The notes under the pieces: model-generated | Told to the model about the DNA's origin: nothing | What the model saw: only the letters and a program-made list of their open reading frames with translations | The model's database searches: none | Part shown: in pieces, positions 19,704 through 33,500 of the stretch | How the letters are laid out: each line of letters opens with the position of its first letter | Position numbering within the stretch: position 1 is the stretch's first letter | Translations under genes and position numbers: made by a program | DNA from: Azolla caroliniana | Lineage: Eukaryota > Plantae > Polypodiophyta | Length of the DNA stretch: 64,000 nucleotides | Direction: 5' to 3' | NCBI GenBank assembly: GCA_043228905.1 | Contig: JBHGNT010000022.1 | Span: 5,456,001 to 5,520,000 of the forward strand

Positions 19704-22413
19704 ATGGAAGAGCAGAAAAAGCAGCAGCAGGAGCATTATCCGCCACCACAAGAGTACTACAACTACTCTTCTCCACAACAGCAGCAGCAGCATGAGAAGA
19801 ATCAACAAGAAGGACAACATTATGGGACCTTCCACGGAACTCCTCAATACACTACCATTCCTTCTGCACAACAACATGATCATCATGCTATTCCAGGTAT
19901 ATATCATCATCATCATCATCATCATTTATATCATCCGCATGGTCACCCTAATCTTCATGTGTATTATGTATAAGCTTGTTTCAAATTGATCTCATATGAG
20001 CACATGTTCATGTTGCATAGTTAAGAGATTGCATGCTCCATGTTCATACTTATATTACCACAATTTCGTGTATGAGGTACAACTAACAAAAAGGAAAGAA
20101 ATGTGGTCTATGTATACACCATAATATCCATAAATTCATGTTCTGACGCACACACATATACATCATTTTGTGATCAATCGAACATATGCAACAAGGTGCC
20201 ATGCTATATAACAATTGTACATCTCTACACACACAATAGTATGTATGTATGTATGTATATCTATGTACACTTGATATATACATCTACATATAATTATTTG
20301 CACAATATACCCATGCACACACATCTACAGATGTAAGCTAGTAAAATGGCTCTAATTTCCTTCATTTGTATGCATTTTTGTTTGGTATGTGTCTTTCTCT
20401 TAATGTGTGTGTCTGTATGTTTGTGTTTATAGGTGTTTGTATGAGTGGATAAAATAATTGTCTATATTGATGTCTGTATTTATTGTCTCCCTTGATATAT
20501 GTACATATGTGATTTTAAAGTGATCTATGTGAGCTGTGCAATTTGTGTTTATGGTAGAACTATCTCATATCATAAAAAAATGTTTTTAATAATAGTTTAT
20601 GTTGGTTATTTGTTCTCTAGTATACCCTGTTTTGGAAGAACATTTAGAAGACCTTCCACCGCTTCCTTGTTGTGGTATCGGGATTGGCTGGTTTTTGTAA
20701 GTCATCCTAACTATGTATCCTTCCATCTCATTTGAGAAGACAAAAAAGGAAGAACACAAAAGCAACATGTCCTTTCGGAATTCATGAATGTCTTGTCTTA
20801 ACTATGTGAAGAATGAACATTTACATTATGCACATGCCAGTTTCTAATAACATTAAATTAATGCTTAAACTTACAATGAATCAAAACTATGTTTATATTT
20901 TTTCAGAAAACAAAAACACATGAGACTTAGTTTGTAACCATGAGACCTACGAAGATTTTTGACTTGTTTGGAGTTAATAGGGAAATAATACATTTCACTG
21001 GACATTGAGTGAAGGAATGTAGCTTTTATTCTAGAATAAAGGTGGAAATACTAACATTGTTTTTGACCCCTTGTGTAAGTTACAAGAAGATGTAGGCATT
21101 CAACAATAAGTTTTGGTTAAGGTTCCTTATTCCACCTCAAAGGCAAAGTATAAAGAAAACGATCAAGGTTTCTTTTTTTACTATCCCTAACAAGTAATAG
21201 GGCTTGTGGCAGTAACTCAGAGATATGATCATTGTATGTCATGCAAACGAAGGCTCTAGTCCACAAATCATGTAAATATATTTAATGTTCCCTTTCCCTC
21301 TCTCTTTCTTGATACTTATAGGGCCCAACTTCACTCAAGGTGACCACAACCCATAGAAGACATCCCGTACATAGGATCATATAATGTCAAAACTTTTTAG
21401 AGATTAGGTGATCGCTATTGACATGGGGTGATTCCCATGAGATCCGTGTGAATTAGGAGAAGCAATATAAAAATCTTTTTCGCGACTTAAGAAATTGGCC
21501 AGAGTCCATAAAAACTAGATTCTTGATTCAAAATGGCACTAGTCATCAACTACAATGAGAGTCCAAAGGTAGAATTTGGCTTCATGATCTAGACAAACAA
21601 TTTACAATGGGAAGACTTAAGTGTAGTGTATGATGTTTCTATCTAGTTATCTCTTCAATATTCATGATATCAATGTATATCGGTAATAGTTAAGCACATT
21701 GTAACTTATAAGTTATTTACAATCACTTATGATGCATTATTCATCATATAGCAAGAAGGTATAACATCAACTACTATACATTTTCTAGATGTTGGAGTTA
21801 GGTACTTGGTGCTTTTGATGCAATAAAAAAGCACATTGAATGTTATTCACCAACTTCTAGTAGAGCCATAAAATTCATAATTTAATCTTACTGATTAACA
21901 ATGGTTAGAGATATAAACTCTACTAGGGACTACGTTCTCAATGGTTATTATGAAACAAAACCAATCATTAAGTCTTTCAACCTTGTAATATTGTACTAAG
22001 TGTACAAAGCTGTTTGTGTGAAATAAACACATTCTCAAACTCATATTTGTGAATTAAAAAGGATTGTGCCTAAGTTTGTAAGCGATAATGGTTACCTTTT
22101 AGTTCTAAACCATTCTTTATGATCAAAATGTTATATTCGTAGAGGCAATAAAGGGTTTCAATTTTAATTTTTTATTGGGTATGATTAGATTCATTCTTGG
22201 CTTTTTTATCGCATTTGTTCCATGGTATGCCGGAGCAATACTTCTTTTATGTACAAGACCGGATCCACGCGAAAGAATTGGTTTCATATGTTGTACCATA
22301 GCGGTAAGTGTTTGTGTTAACGACCCAAATCCATTGTTTTCAGTTGACCAATATCTAGCTAGTATACATTAATGTTACACACACATATTGTGTGTGTGTG
22401 TGTGTGTGTATAC

Positions 22414-22444
<31 letters not shown>

Positions 22445-22599
22445 TGCATGCATGCATGTGCATGTGTATGTATGTATATTGTCAAACTAGAATGAGTGCT
22501 CACATTTTGGAACTTCTATTTTGGAAATGATTTGTTGAATTTCAGGCTATTCTCTCCCTTATTGCTGCGATTATTGGAGGTACAACTACAACATATTGA
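19704..22599 (+). CDS. Host gene, 4 exons (19704-19896, 20621-20696, 22189-22303, 22546-22599), 145 aa; plant '60S ribosomal protein L18a-like' small Cys-rich membrane protein family (not the true eL20)
   Basis: All introns are GT-AG with consistent phases 1, 2, 0. Spliced protein: Q/P/Y-rich N-terminus (QHYGTFHG), then LPCCGIGIGWFLFILGFFIAFVPWYAGAILLLCTRPDPRERIGFICCTIAAILSLIAAIIGGTTTTY*. The LPCCG.G.GWF.F, PWY and D.RER motifs are the family signature as recalled. Confidence 0.92.
22389..22445. repeat. Compound microsatellite (TG)n(TA)n(GA)n in intron 3
   Basis: Seen directly. Confidence 0.95.
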
Positions 22600-23253
22600 A
22601 CTACCTTTAAAAATATGTCAAATAAATAAATAAAAACATATTGTGAGCGGATAGGTCTGGATCATGGGACTTTGGATAAAATTAAAGATGCATGCATCCA
22701 TGTCTAGTATGATAATCACATACATTTCCTTTACATACAATGACATTTTGTAGATCTAGAACCATGTAGTCTTTGTATAGTGATTGTTGTCGTGCGATAC
22801 ATAAATATTGTTTTATTGAAGTTTGATGTGCAAATAGTTAAGCATCATAAGAAGGCTATCAATGAGTAACAACCATGAGTAGTTCAATATGTTTCCTCTT
22901 CAATTAATATTAAGTAGTTGAATATATGCCACATAGTTTACCTATCTCGTTACAAATAGTTTTTCTTTGGTTTCTTCTTCTTTTGCGTTCTCTATCAAGT
23001 TGTAACATCTCATTTTTCCTATGGATACAATATTTGGTAGTGGTTTGATAATACTATTAACCTCTTTATATCCATTTCTAACATCAAGATCACCTTTGGA
23101 CAATCCTCAAGTATTTAGTTACATTGTCATATTCAAAGTCATTCATAGTATTAATGCCTTCCACGCACAATAGAATTCCTTCACCCTATTTTCGATACCT
23201 TCACATTTGTTTCGGCACTATGGAACTTGATTATATTTTGTTGCCAATTATGT

Positions 23254-23613
23254 TTAATAATTGAAATTTCTAGCCATGGTCTTTAATGTAGTATGAGGTA
23301 CACATCTTGTGATCCAAATCATAGCACTACCTACTATGAATATTTTGAATGGTATCTCTCTCCACATGTACCAAGCTAACCATTTGGAACCAAAATGGGG
23401 AATGTTCCATGTTGTAAGTTTAAACTTCTTGCATGTATAGTCACTAATTAGGTTCATGTTGGATGAACTGTCAAACAACACACGTAACAAATCTTTGTTT
23501 GCATGGATATTGTGACAATGGGAACTTGCTTGTTTATAGAAGTTTCTCAACAAATTGAGGAGGTTCTTGCCAACCCCCAATTTCTCCCTTTTGTATACCA
23601 TGATTTTCCACAC
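23254..23613 (-). pseudogene. Very old Ty3/gypsy protease-like remnant
   Basis: LLRVLFDSSSNMNLIS resembles the retroelement aspartic protease motif; surroundings are AT-rich and decayed. Confidence 0.5.
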
Positions 23614-23685
23614 CCTGGTTCTTTAAATTTTTTTTTTGCTAAAAATGAGGTTACACTTGTATGAGGGTTTTTCATGATAACGTTA

Positions 23686-23855
23686 CAATTGGGTTTGGTT
23701 TGGTTTTAGAAGATTTAATGTATATCCTCTTTTTTGAAGGAAGGGGTTTAAAGTACATTTTCCTCTTGGTAAGGTGACAATGGGTTTGGTTTGGCTTTAG
23801 AAAATTTAATGTATATCCTCTTTTTTGAAGGAAGGGATTTAAAGTACATTTTCCC
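23686..23855. repeat. Two-copy tandem duplication (~75-bp unit, ~92-bp period)
   Basis: gggtttggtttgg.tttagaa.atttaatgtatatcctcttttttgaaggaaggg.tttaaagtacattttcc occurs twice. Confidence 0.9.
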
Positions 23856-24299
23856 CATTAGTGCATGTTGTAGTGGATGTTCGACTATAATTTCAATCGC
23901 CATAATTGCCATAAATGTTAAACAATTGGTTTTTCACAATGTTAAAAAAGACAAGAATTGTTGTCACATGTTTGATGTGATTTTCACTTTTGTTTCTTCT
24001 ATTTCAATAACTATTAAGAGAAGTGTGAATTATCCCTATATGTAGATCATCCTCAAAATTTACCCCTTTTTGCAATTGCCTTAAATGATTACTTTCATTC
24101 ATGATAATTTCAAATAGGATGTTGCTCAATTCCTTCTCCAATATTAGTTTTGTTACCAAATTAAGAGATAACAATACCATCTCAATGGATTACCTCATGT
24201 TGATATGATTTTTTTTTCTTTTATTGAAAAGATACCCATTCATTAGTGTAAACAATTTACAAAGTTCTGATTCCTAAGTAACTGGCTGAAGGAATAACT

Positions 24300-25049
24300 T
24301 GTTGGCATAAAAGGTCGATTCCTTCCACTTTGTATCTTTAGTGTGAACACGTCCTTGAGTTAGGGCTTGAGTATATAAAGCTCAACCCTAACATTGTATA
24401 CACTCGGAGAGAAAAGAGTTACAGAGAAGAGAATAAGAGAGAACTTCCATTGAAGCTTAAACTCTGACTATTGTCTACCTTTCTTCCTCTTCTTCTTGTT
24501 CCATATATGTGTTGTTTGTTGTACACATCTTCCTACAAGTCCTAACCATCCGATGCCCACCACCACCATATCTCCAGCAAGTGGTATCAGAGCGACTTGT
24601 TGTCCAAGGGCAGTGAAAAGCAGAAAAGACTGAGAAGGGAAGCTATCTAGCTGAAAGAAAAGACCAGGTCAATATCTACTTACCAAAAAATGGCAACACA
24701 ATCCGGCACAAAAGTGGAAATCGAGAAGTTCGATGAGAAGAACTTAGCTCTATGGAAAGAGATGATGCAGGATGTACTTATCATCCGATGCCAAATTGAG
24801 GTTATACGAAAGAACAACAAACCAACCTCGATGAAACCAGAAGAATGACGTTCATTGGACGAGATAGCCAAATCGACCATTCGAATGCATCTGGCTAAGA
24901 ACGTCTATTTTAACATTGCAAAGGAGACCACAACATTCTCTTTGTGAGAAATGTTACAGGCTTTGTACGAGAAAAAGTCCTCCTCTCCAAAGTTGATACT
25001 GATCCGACAGTTATTCAACATGAAGATGAGAGAGGCGGATCTAGCAACG
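24300..25049 (+). mobile_element. Truncated Ty1/copia (third family): 5' LTR ~24300-24579, PBS, gag N-terminus
   Basis: tgttgg...ccagca; PBS tggtatcagagc at 24582-24593; gag from ATG 24690, MATQSGTKVEIEKFDEKNLALWKEMMQD, with stops. Confidence 0.8.
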
Positions 25050-28000
25050 TGAGATGAGAGAGTTGTGTTTCTGTGCTTCTGTTTTCTGTTTGTCTTTGTA
25101 AAGAATAGCGTGCAGAAGCTTGTAGACAAACCGGCTCAGCTAGATTACAACAATAAAACAGAGAAAGAACGTTTAATGGAAGCTTAAGAACAGATAATAC
25201 ATAGGAGAGACATAGAGAGCAGATACCATCTGAACATCGATCTGATTCTTCGTTCCGGATCCGGTTAAGCTTGTCCGCTAAACACTGCCCATCAAGCTCC
25301 ATTTGAGGTTGGATCGTAGTGTTTGTGTCTGCCAGTCCTCTTCTCTGGCTCCACTTGGTGTCTTCCCGCCTGGCTCGGGCTCCACGTCCGGTCCGGTTCT
25401 GCTTCCCGCGACACATCCGGTTCCGCGCACCTCGACCTTCTCAATCGGCTTGTCTGCTCAGAAGGCCCATCTCAGCTCCTTTGCAATTACGACTCTGACA
25501 CGTCTCCACCCGTGGGTTCTGTCGTGTCAGTGTCGACTTCTCCGAATCAGGTGCCTCCGATTCATTCCAACTCTTGTTCGAATTGGTTGTCTCCAATTCG
25601 TCTTCAATCATCAAGCCCTTTACCACATTGAACCACATCCGGGTCTTGGCCTTCTGATCGGCTCTGTCCGTCTTGACTCTACCGTCGTCACTGCTTGTTC
25701 TGACTTTATCAGATGTGTCGACTTCTTTAGTCGACCCGGCTTCCTTTTTCTTCTTCTTGTCTCCCCCTGCTTTGGTTGTTTCCTTCTTTTCTGCTGCTTG
25801 TGTTTTCCCGGTTTCCGTTCCAATTTCCTCGTTTATCCCCCTCAAATGTGACATGTCTAGATGCTAAAGACCAAGCATTTCCAAAAAATGCTGCAACTTG
25901 TCGGTTCCAATGGCCTTGGTGAAGATGTCGGCAACATACCGATCCATTCGGACAGACCGGAGTTCTACTTCACCGTGGAGGACCTGCTCGCGCACAAAGT
26001 GATAATGCACTTGTATGTACTTTGTCCGAGCATGGAACACAGGGTTCTTGGCAAGCTAGATGCTACTCATGTTGTCGCAGTAGATCGAGATCAGAGTCGG
26101 GACTACGATCCAGAGGTCTTGCAACAACCACCGAAGCTAGATGGCTTCACTAGTGGAAACCGTAGCGCGCCCCAATACTCAGCCTCAATGCTCGATAGAG
26201 CCATAGTTGGCTACTTTTTGCTATTCCATGCAACAGCTGCGCTACCTAGAGAAAACATGAACCCAAAAACAAACCGTCGATCCGACGCATCTCTGGCCCA
26301 GTTGGCATCGGTATATTCGACTAGCTTCTTGGTTATACCATCTCGGTATAACAGGCCCCAGTCCTTCATGCCGCTCACATACCTCAGTATTCGGTGCACG
26401 CATTGAAGGTGTTTCACGGTCGGCTTCTGCATAAACTGACTGATCACACCAACCGGATAGGTAATGTCGGCTCAAGTGATTGTCAGATAAATAAGGCTTC
26501 CAACAATTTGTCGGAACCATTTCTCGTCGTACGCCAATCTATAGTCAGGATGAAGCTTTAGGTTTCGGTCTAGGGGTGTGGTGATTGACCGACAATCCGT
26601 CATGCCGAACTTGTGAAGCATATTCAATACATAATGTCGTTGTGAGAGCAATATGCCGTCGGGGGTATGGATCACTCCGATTCCGAGGAAGTAATGAAGG
26701 TCCCCAAGATCCTTCATGTCAAATGATGCCGCAAGTTGGGATTTGACGCTTGTGTCCAGGTCGGCACCGGCGATGACTAAATCATCAACATAAAGTAAAA
26801 TACTAATCGGCCCATTCTAACCTTGCCAGATGAAGAGAGAAGAATCTAATTTCGACGGAGCAAACCCCATCTGACACAGTCTCTGCGTGATCTTCGCATT
26901 CCAGGCGCGCGGGGTTTGCTTGAGTCCGTAGAGGGACTTCTTCAATCGGCATACAATGGATGTGTTAAATTCGAACTGAAAACTAAGGGGCTATATACAC
27001 ATGTTCCCCAAGATCACCTTGTAGGAATGCGTTTTTTACATCCATCTAATGTAAATGCCATCCCTTCGCCGCTGCCACCACAAGCAGGACATGGACGGTT
27101 GTCATCTTTGCGCCCGGCACGAATGTCTTATCATAATCGATGCCGTGCTGTCGCGGATAGCCTTTTGCCACTAACCGGGCCTTGTACCGGTTGATGGAGC
27201 CGTTGATGTTATATTTGACCTTGTATACCCAACGGCAACCAATCGGCTTCACTCTTTCCAGTACGTCCACTAAATCCCATGTCTCATTTTCCGTGAGTGC
27301 GTGCATCGCTTCCTCCATAGCGCCATGCTAATTTGCGTCCATCATCGCTTCTGCGTAGCTCTTTGGCTCACGCAATTCCGCCACCTTTGTCATATACGCA
27401 TAGTGATGTGCCATGTACTTATTATATCTGTACCTTTTGATGGGGTTCTTCTGGAGTGTGGATCGACATAACTTCTCCTTCGCTGATTTCAGGGCCCTCT
27501 TAGCCGGCTCGAACCTCGGCTCTTAACGTCCGTCTTTGTTCTTTCCGGAGTTAGATTAGCTCTGTTCCGGCTCGTCTTTGCGTGTGGCATATTCCGACAT
27601 CTTCTTCTTCCTCTTCTCTTTGCGTGTGAACCATCTCCTCGGTTCCTTGCACGGGGAGAGCACGATCGAGTGTCCACTACTCACCGGCTTCTCATTTGAC
27701 TGGTCATTCCGACTCAGTCGCTCATTCGGCCCACTTAGCCGGAATGTGATAGAACTCTCATCTAGTTTAACGAATCCTTCAAGTTCATCTTCTGCCCGGA
27801 TCATTTCGGGATCACTGGCCTCATCCTCCAGAATCGGGTTGGAGTCTGACATCGGAGCCGGTAGAGAGTACCATGATGCCGACTCATCAAATTCGAAAAC
27901 TCAGCTCACTCGAACTTGTTTTGTTTGGGGATTATAGCACTTATAACCCTTTTGCTCATGTTAGTTGCCGATAAGGGTGCAGTTCTCCGACTTCGGGTCC

Positions 28001-30561
28001 AACTTTCTCCGCTTCTCATTCGTCACATGCACATATGCAATGCTACCAAATATCTTAAGGTCCCTTAAGTTTGGTTTCCGCCTGACATACAACTCATGTG
28101 CTAACACCTTATCCCCGATCTAGTTTTGGATGTAAACCGCTGTCCGGACCGCTTCGGCCCAGTAGAACATAGGCATGCTATTCTCTTCCAACAATGCAAA
28201 TGTCACCTCCACAAATAACAGGTTCTTCCTTCCCGCCACACCGTTTTGTTCCAGTGTGTATTGGAAGCCGAATTCCCTCCGAATACCTTTTTGCTTCAGA
28301 TAACTATTGAATTGGCCGGAAAAATATTCTTTTCCACCATCCGACCGTAGACACTCGATCTTCCTCTCCATTTCCCGTCCCACAAGACTTTGCAGGTTCC
28401 AAAAACAGTTGAAAACTTCGCTTTTCCTTTCGATTAGGTAGATCCATGTGTGCCGGATGGAGTCGTCGATGAAGGAGACGAAATATTGGCTCCTGACAAG
28501 ACTTACGTTCTGTGTTGGTCCCCATACATTTGAATGTATTAGATCGAGCTTGTTATAACTCCAGTTTCTTTCGATGGGGAATTGAAGCTAGTGTTGTTTC
28601 CCGAACTGGTAGGCTTCACAAATTTCGGCCTTCCGGCCACTAAATTTTGGCAATCCGAAAACAACCTGTTTCGATTGTAGGACTTGAAGCCTCTGATAAT
28701 TGACGTGGCCTATTCGCTTGTGCCATAGATCAATATCCGACTTGATCTTTTGACCATCTGTGAACAAAGCGGTGCCTACGTTGTGGGTGTTGAGGATGAA
28801 CATCGTCCCATCCCGGAACCTTTGCGCAGTAATTTGGCCCTCTTCCTGAATGAAGCACTTGAGGTGCGTAAACCGTACTTGCATGCCTTGATCGACGAGC
28901 TGCCCGACTGACACCAAGTTCTTTGCGATTGTCGAAACATGTAAGACGTTCATCAACTTTCCCTTCTATCCGACATGGCTTAAAGGGACTTCTCCGACAT
29001 GCACAATCGGGTGAGGAGTGTCGTCTCTAGTTTCGACAACTCCCGGTTGCTCCGGTTTTTCCAGAAATGAGAACCACTCTTCGTGGTTCATCATGTGGTT
29101 AGATGCTCCAGAGTCAATGTACCATACTTCCTCCGATCCGGAAGTGGTTTTCTTGTGCTTCATCATGAAGCTGGCCCTTGTCCGGTCTTTCCAGTTTCAG
29201 ACCCTTCCGATCCTTAAGCATAGTGCGAGCTTTGGTGGTTCCTTTGTCCAGTCTTGCAAGATCTAGATTTATCCAAATCGGTGCGCTTCTTCCAACACTC
29301 ACTCTCTTTGTGGCCCTTTCGGCCACAATACCAGCATACCGAGTCGGCCTTCGATTACCGGTTTTCGGCGCCGCCTTGACTCCCCCTACTTGTGGAGGGT
29401 CTGGAACTGTTGTCGGCACCATATCCGTGCCTCCAATTCTACTCTTGTCGGCCGTCGCTATTGCGTGCTGAGTCTTCACGTCCTCCATGTGCACGGGGCC
29501 GATCTGCCTCTGTGTACAACATCTGATTGTCCGATTGCGTGGTCCTTGACCCACTCGCATGGTTTTCTTCGACCATGAGCATCGATTGCAGGTCGAAGGA
29601 TGATGGCTTCTCCCGTGTGCAAATTGTCGTTCGTATTGGCCCGTACCTGTCTGCAATACCACCGAGGCAGATCTAAACCATCTTGTCTTCATCCACCGTC
29701 ACGTTGATGGACCTGACCGCGTCGTAGATCTCCTTGATCTTGGTGGTGTAATCGATGACCGACATGTCCCATTGCCTAATATTGTTGAGCTCTTGCCAGA
29801 GCTACAACTTCTGAGTCATGGTACTTGCAGCGAAAATCTTTTGGAGATTTTCCCAGTCCTCCTTCGGTGATTTTGCATCTCTGATGTAGCCAAGCATCTG
29901 GTTGTGCACACAGGATGCGAGGTAGTACAATACCTTCCTCGCTCCTTGCTCCCATACCGGGAAGTCTTTGTGTGCCGAATCCGGCGCTGCTTCATTCGCC
30001 CCTTCCACGTAGCTCCAGTATCCATGCCCCATCAAGTATTGGTGCATTTTATACGACCTTGACGCATAGTTTCTTTGATCGAGCTTTTCTATAGGAAGTG
30101 AGCTCACTATGCTTCTGTCCATTTCTTTTCTCTTCGGTCTGTCCTTTTCAAGAAGTTACGGTTTGTCTGTTTCGAGTAGTTGTCGGGAATAGAGGTTCTC
30201 AACCCTCGTGCTTTGATACCATGTGAAGAATAGCGTGGGGAAGCTTGTAGACAAACCGGCTCAGTCGGATTACAACAATGGAACAGAGAAAGAAGGTTTA
30301 ATCGAAGCTTAAGAATAGAGAATACACAGGAGAGACATAGAGAGAGAGCAGAAAGCATAAACTCAATTCAAAATATTAATGCTCTGTACATACAATGTGC
30401 TAAGTGAGAACTTTTATACATGTCCATGAAAGTATTGATAGAAGTACTGATAAATACTTTAATGCTCATACGAGCGATAAGCACCAACTCCCAAAAATAT
30501 GCCTACGTACTAGGCTAGATCTGTAGTCCTCTAACGGCCTACCTGTTACAATCCAATCCAG

Positions 30562-33500
30562 TGTAGAGGAATCGACGCTCCGATTAACCTTCACCGCTCG
30601 GCCACAACCGAGTAAGCACGAATCAATGCAGCAGAAAATAGGAACCACAGAGAAAGAACACGAATACACAGGGATTAACGTGGAAAACCCTAAACGGGAA
30701 AAACCACGGGAGTACAAGACTCCAACCAAAACTATGCACAGAGAAATATACAATGGCGAGCTGCAAGGCGACGACCTTGAGCTCGTTGTCCTCGCCACAG
30801 GCGGCGGAAATACACAGAGGCGTCGACCTCCTCCTCTCTCACGCTCTATCTCTCTCACGGCTGCTCTCTCTTCACTCCTCTTGAGTGGAAAAACAGAAAA
30901 ATGAGTAGCAACATCAAAACTGTTTGCCCTAAGTCATATTTATACACATATGACTTTGGGGCTATTTACAACTATAGCCTCAAGGGCCCTTGGCAAACAT
31001 ATTCACAGATATGTCCCCGCATCCGGATCTCGCTCCGGGTACATTCGTCATCCGGCTCCGAAGCCGGGGTCTTTATCATCCGGTTCCGAAACCGAAACCG
31101 GGCTTGTCGGCATTCATCTCCGATATCCGACCATCCCATCCGAAAGGGACCGTAATCCCAACAAACTCCCCCTTCACTTCGGCATGGGATGTCTCTCCAA
31201 TCCGATCCTCTTCCGGCATGCTTCCAGCTTGTCGGGCGTGAGCACCTTGGTCAGCATATCCGACCCGTTCTCGTCCGTGTGGACCTTCGTCAGCACGAAC
31301 TCCTTGTCTTCTATCCTTTCCCGGATCCAGTGATATCTTCGCTGGATGTGCTTCGTCCGGGAGTGATAGGCCGCGTTCTTTGCAAGGTGGATTGCACTCT
31401 GACTGTCGCAGTAGAGTCGGTACTCCTCCTGCCGGATACCGAGCTCTCTAATGAAGTCCTTCATCCATATTATTTCCTTGCCGGCTTCAACAGCCGCCAT
31501 GTACTCCGCCTCCGTGGTCGACAACGCAACCGTCTTCTGCAGCCTCGACTGCCATGAAACAGCTCCCCCTGCATACGTCATCACATACCCTGATGTGGAC
31601 CGGCTGGTATCAGCATCAGCCGACATATCCGAATCGGTGAAGCCATCGAGTTCGGGCTTACCGAAGCCGAATCGGAGGCACACGTTTGCCGTGCCCTTCA
31701 GGTATCGGAGTATCCACTTGGCCGCGTTCCAATGCTCTTTGCCGGGATTGCTCATGTACCGGCTCACCACTCCGACTGCATATCCTATGTCCGGTCTCGT
31801 ACACACCATGGCGTACATCAAGCTCCCGACGGCTGAGGCATACAACACTTTCATCATATCCTCCTTTTCAGCCTTTGTCTTGGGACTTTGCTTGTTGGAC
31901 AGCTTGCAGTTTGCCGGGAGGGTCGATCCGACCGGCCTTGCTTCCGACATGTTGAACCGTTTAAGCAGCTTTGTCACGTACTTCTCCTGTGACAGCCACA
32001 ACTGCTTCTTGCTCCGGTCCCGGATAATGTGCATCCCTAGTATTTGTCTCGCCGGACCCAAGTCCTTCATTGAGAAGGTTCGGTTAAGAGCCTTCTTCAG
32101 CATCCGTATCTTGACCTGGTCCCGTCCGACGATCAACATGTCGTCCACGTACAGGAGGAGTATTAGAAAGTCTCCTCCTTCGAACTTCTTCACAAACACG
32201 CAGTGGTCGGACTGCGTTTTGAGGTACCCTTCGTCGGTCATGAAGGAGTCGAACTTCCGGTACCATTGCCGGGGAGCCTGCTTCAGTCCGTAAAGGCTCT
32301 TCTTCAACCGGCATACCAGGTGCTCCTTCCCTTTCTTCTCGAATCCTTCCGGTTGCTGCATGTAGATCTCTTCTTCGAGGTCACCGTGAAGGAATGCCGT
32401 CTTCACGTCCATCTATTCTACCTCGAGGTCCATGCTTGCCGCTATGCTCAGCACCGTCCGGATGGAGGTCATCTTCACTACCGAGGCAAATATCTCGTCG
32501 AAGTCGACGCCCTTCTTCTGCTGAAACCCCTTCACCACGATCCTGGCTTTGTATCTCGGGGGGTTTCCGGCATCTCCCGGTTTCAGCTTGAACACCCACT
32601 TGTTTCGAAGTGCCCGCTTTCCTTTCGGCAACTCCACAAGTTCATATGTGTGGTTCTCATGCAGGGAATCCATCTCGTCCTGCATGGCACTCAACCACCT
32701 GCGGCTCTGGGTGTCATGCTTTGCTTCTTCAAAGTTCTCCGGCTCCCCTTCGTCGGTTAGCAGCACGTGCTCTGGTTCCGGAAATCTCCGGGGGGCCCTT
32801 CTCTCTCTTAGAGGATATCTCCGTTCCGGAGCTTCGGTAACCGGTTCTTCCGATTCTTCTTCATCCGAATCCATTTCGGGATCGGGGCCGGTTCCGGTAT
32901 CATTTTCATCTTCTTCGGCCGGTTCTGTTTCTTCACCGTCTTCGGCCGGATCCTCGAGTGCTAACCGGTCCCTTGCCGGTCGGGACTGCTCCTCGTAGAG
33001 TTGATCCTCACCGGTCGACTTGGAGCTCTTCATCTTCTTCTCCGACTCCCAGTCGGCGAGTGTCTTGTTCTCCATGAAGATGATATCTCGACTCCAGAAT
33101 ATCTTCTTGTCGACCGGGTCCCATACTCGGTAGCCGAACTCGTCGTCGCCGTAACCGAGGAATATGCATGGCCGGGTCTTTGGATCTAGCTTTCCTCTCC
33201 GGTCCTTTGCCACATGCACGTATGCGAGACACCCGATCACCTTCAGATGCCGGTAAGATACTTCCCTACCGGTCCACACTCTCTGCGGCGTGTCTCCGTC
33301 CAAAGGTACTGAGGGTGATCGGTTTATCACATATGTCGCCGTCGACATTGCCTCAGCCCAAAACCCCTTGGGTAATTTCGCATGCGCCAGCATACTCCGG
33401 ACCCTCTCCATTATGGTCCGGTTCATCCTCTCGGCCAGCCCGTTCAGTTCCGGCGTCTTCGGCACAGTAAACTCGAGCCGGATTCCCTTCGAGCGACAGT

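Noticed and set aside
19584-19989. Poly-Met, poly-His and poly-Ile ORFs
   Set aside because: They come from a (CAT)n microsatellite in intron 1 and the antisense strand of exon 1.
32413-32415. Programmed stop-codon readthrough in copia pol (two ORFs of 944 aa in the track)
   Set aside because: The stops in copies 2 and 3 are at different codons and absent from copy 1; the equal ORF lengths are coincidental.
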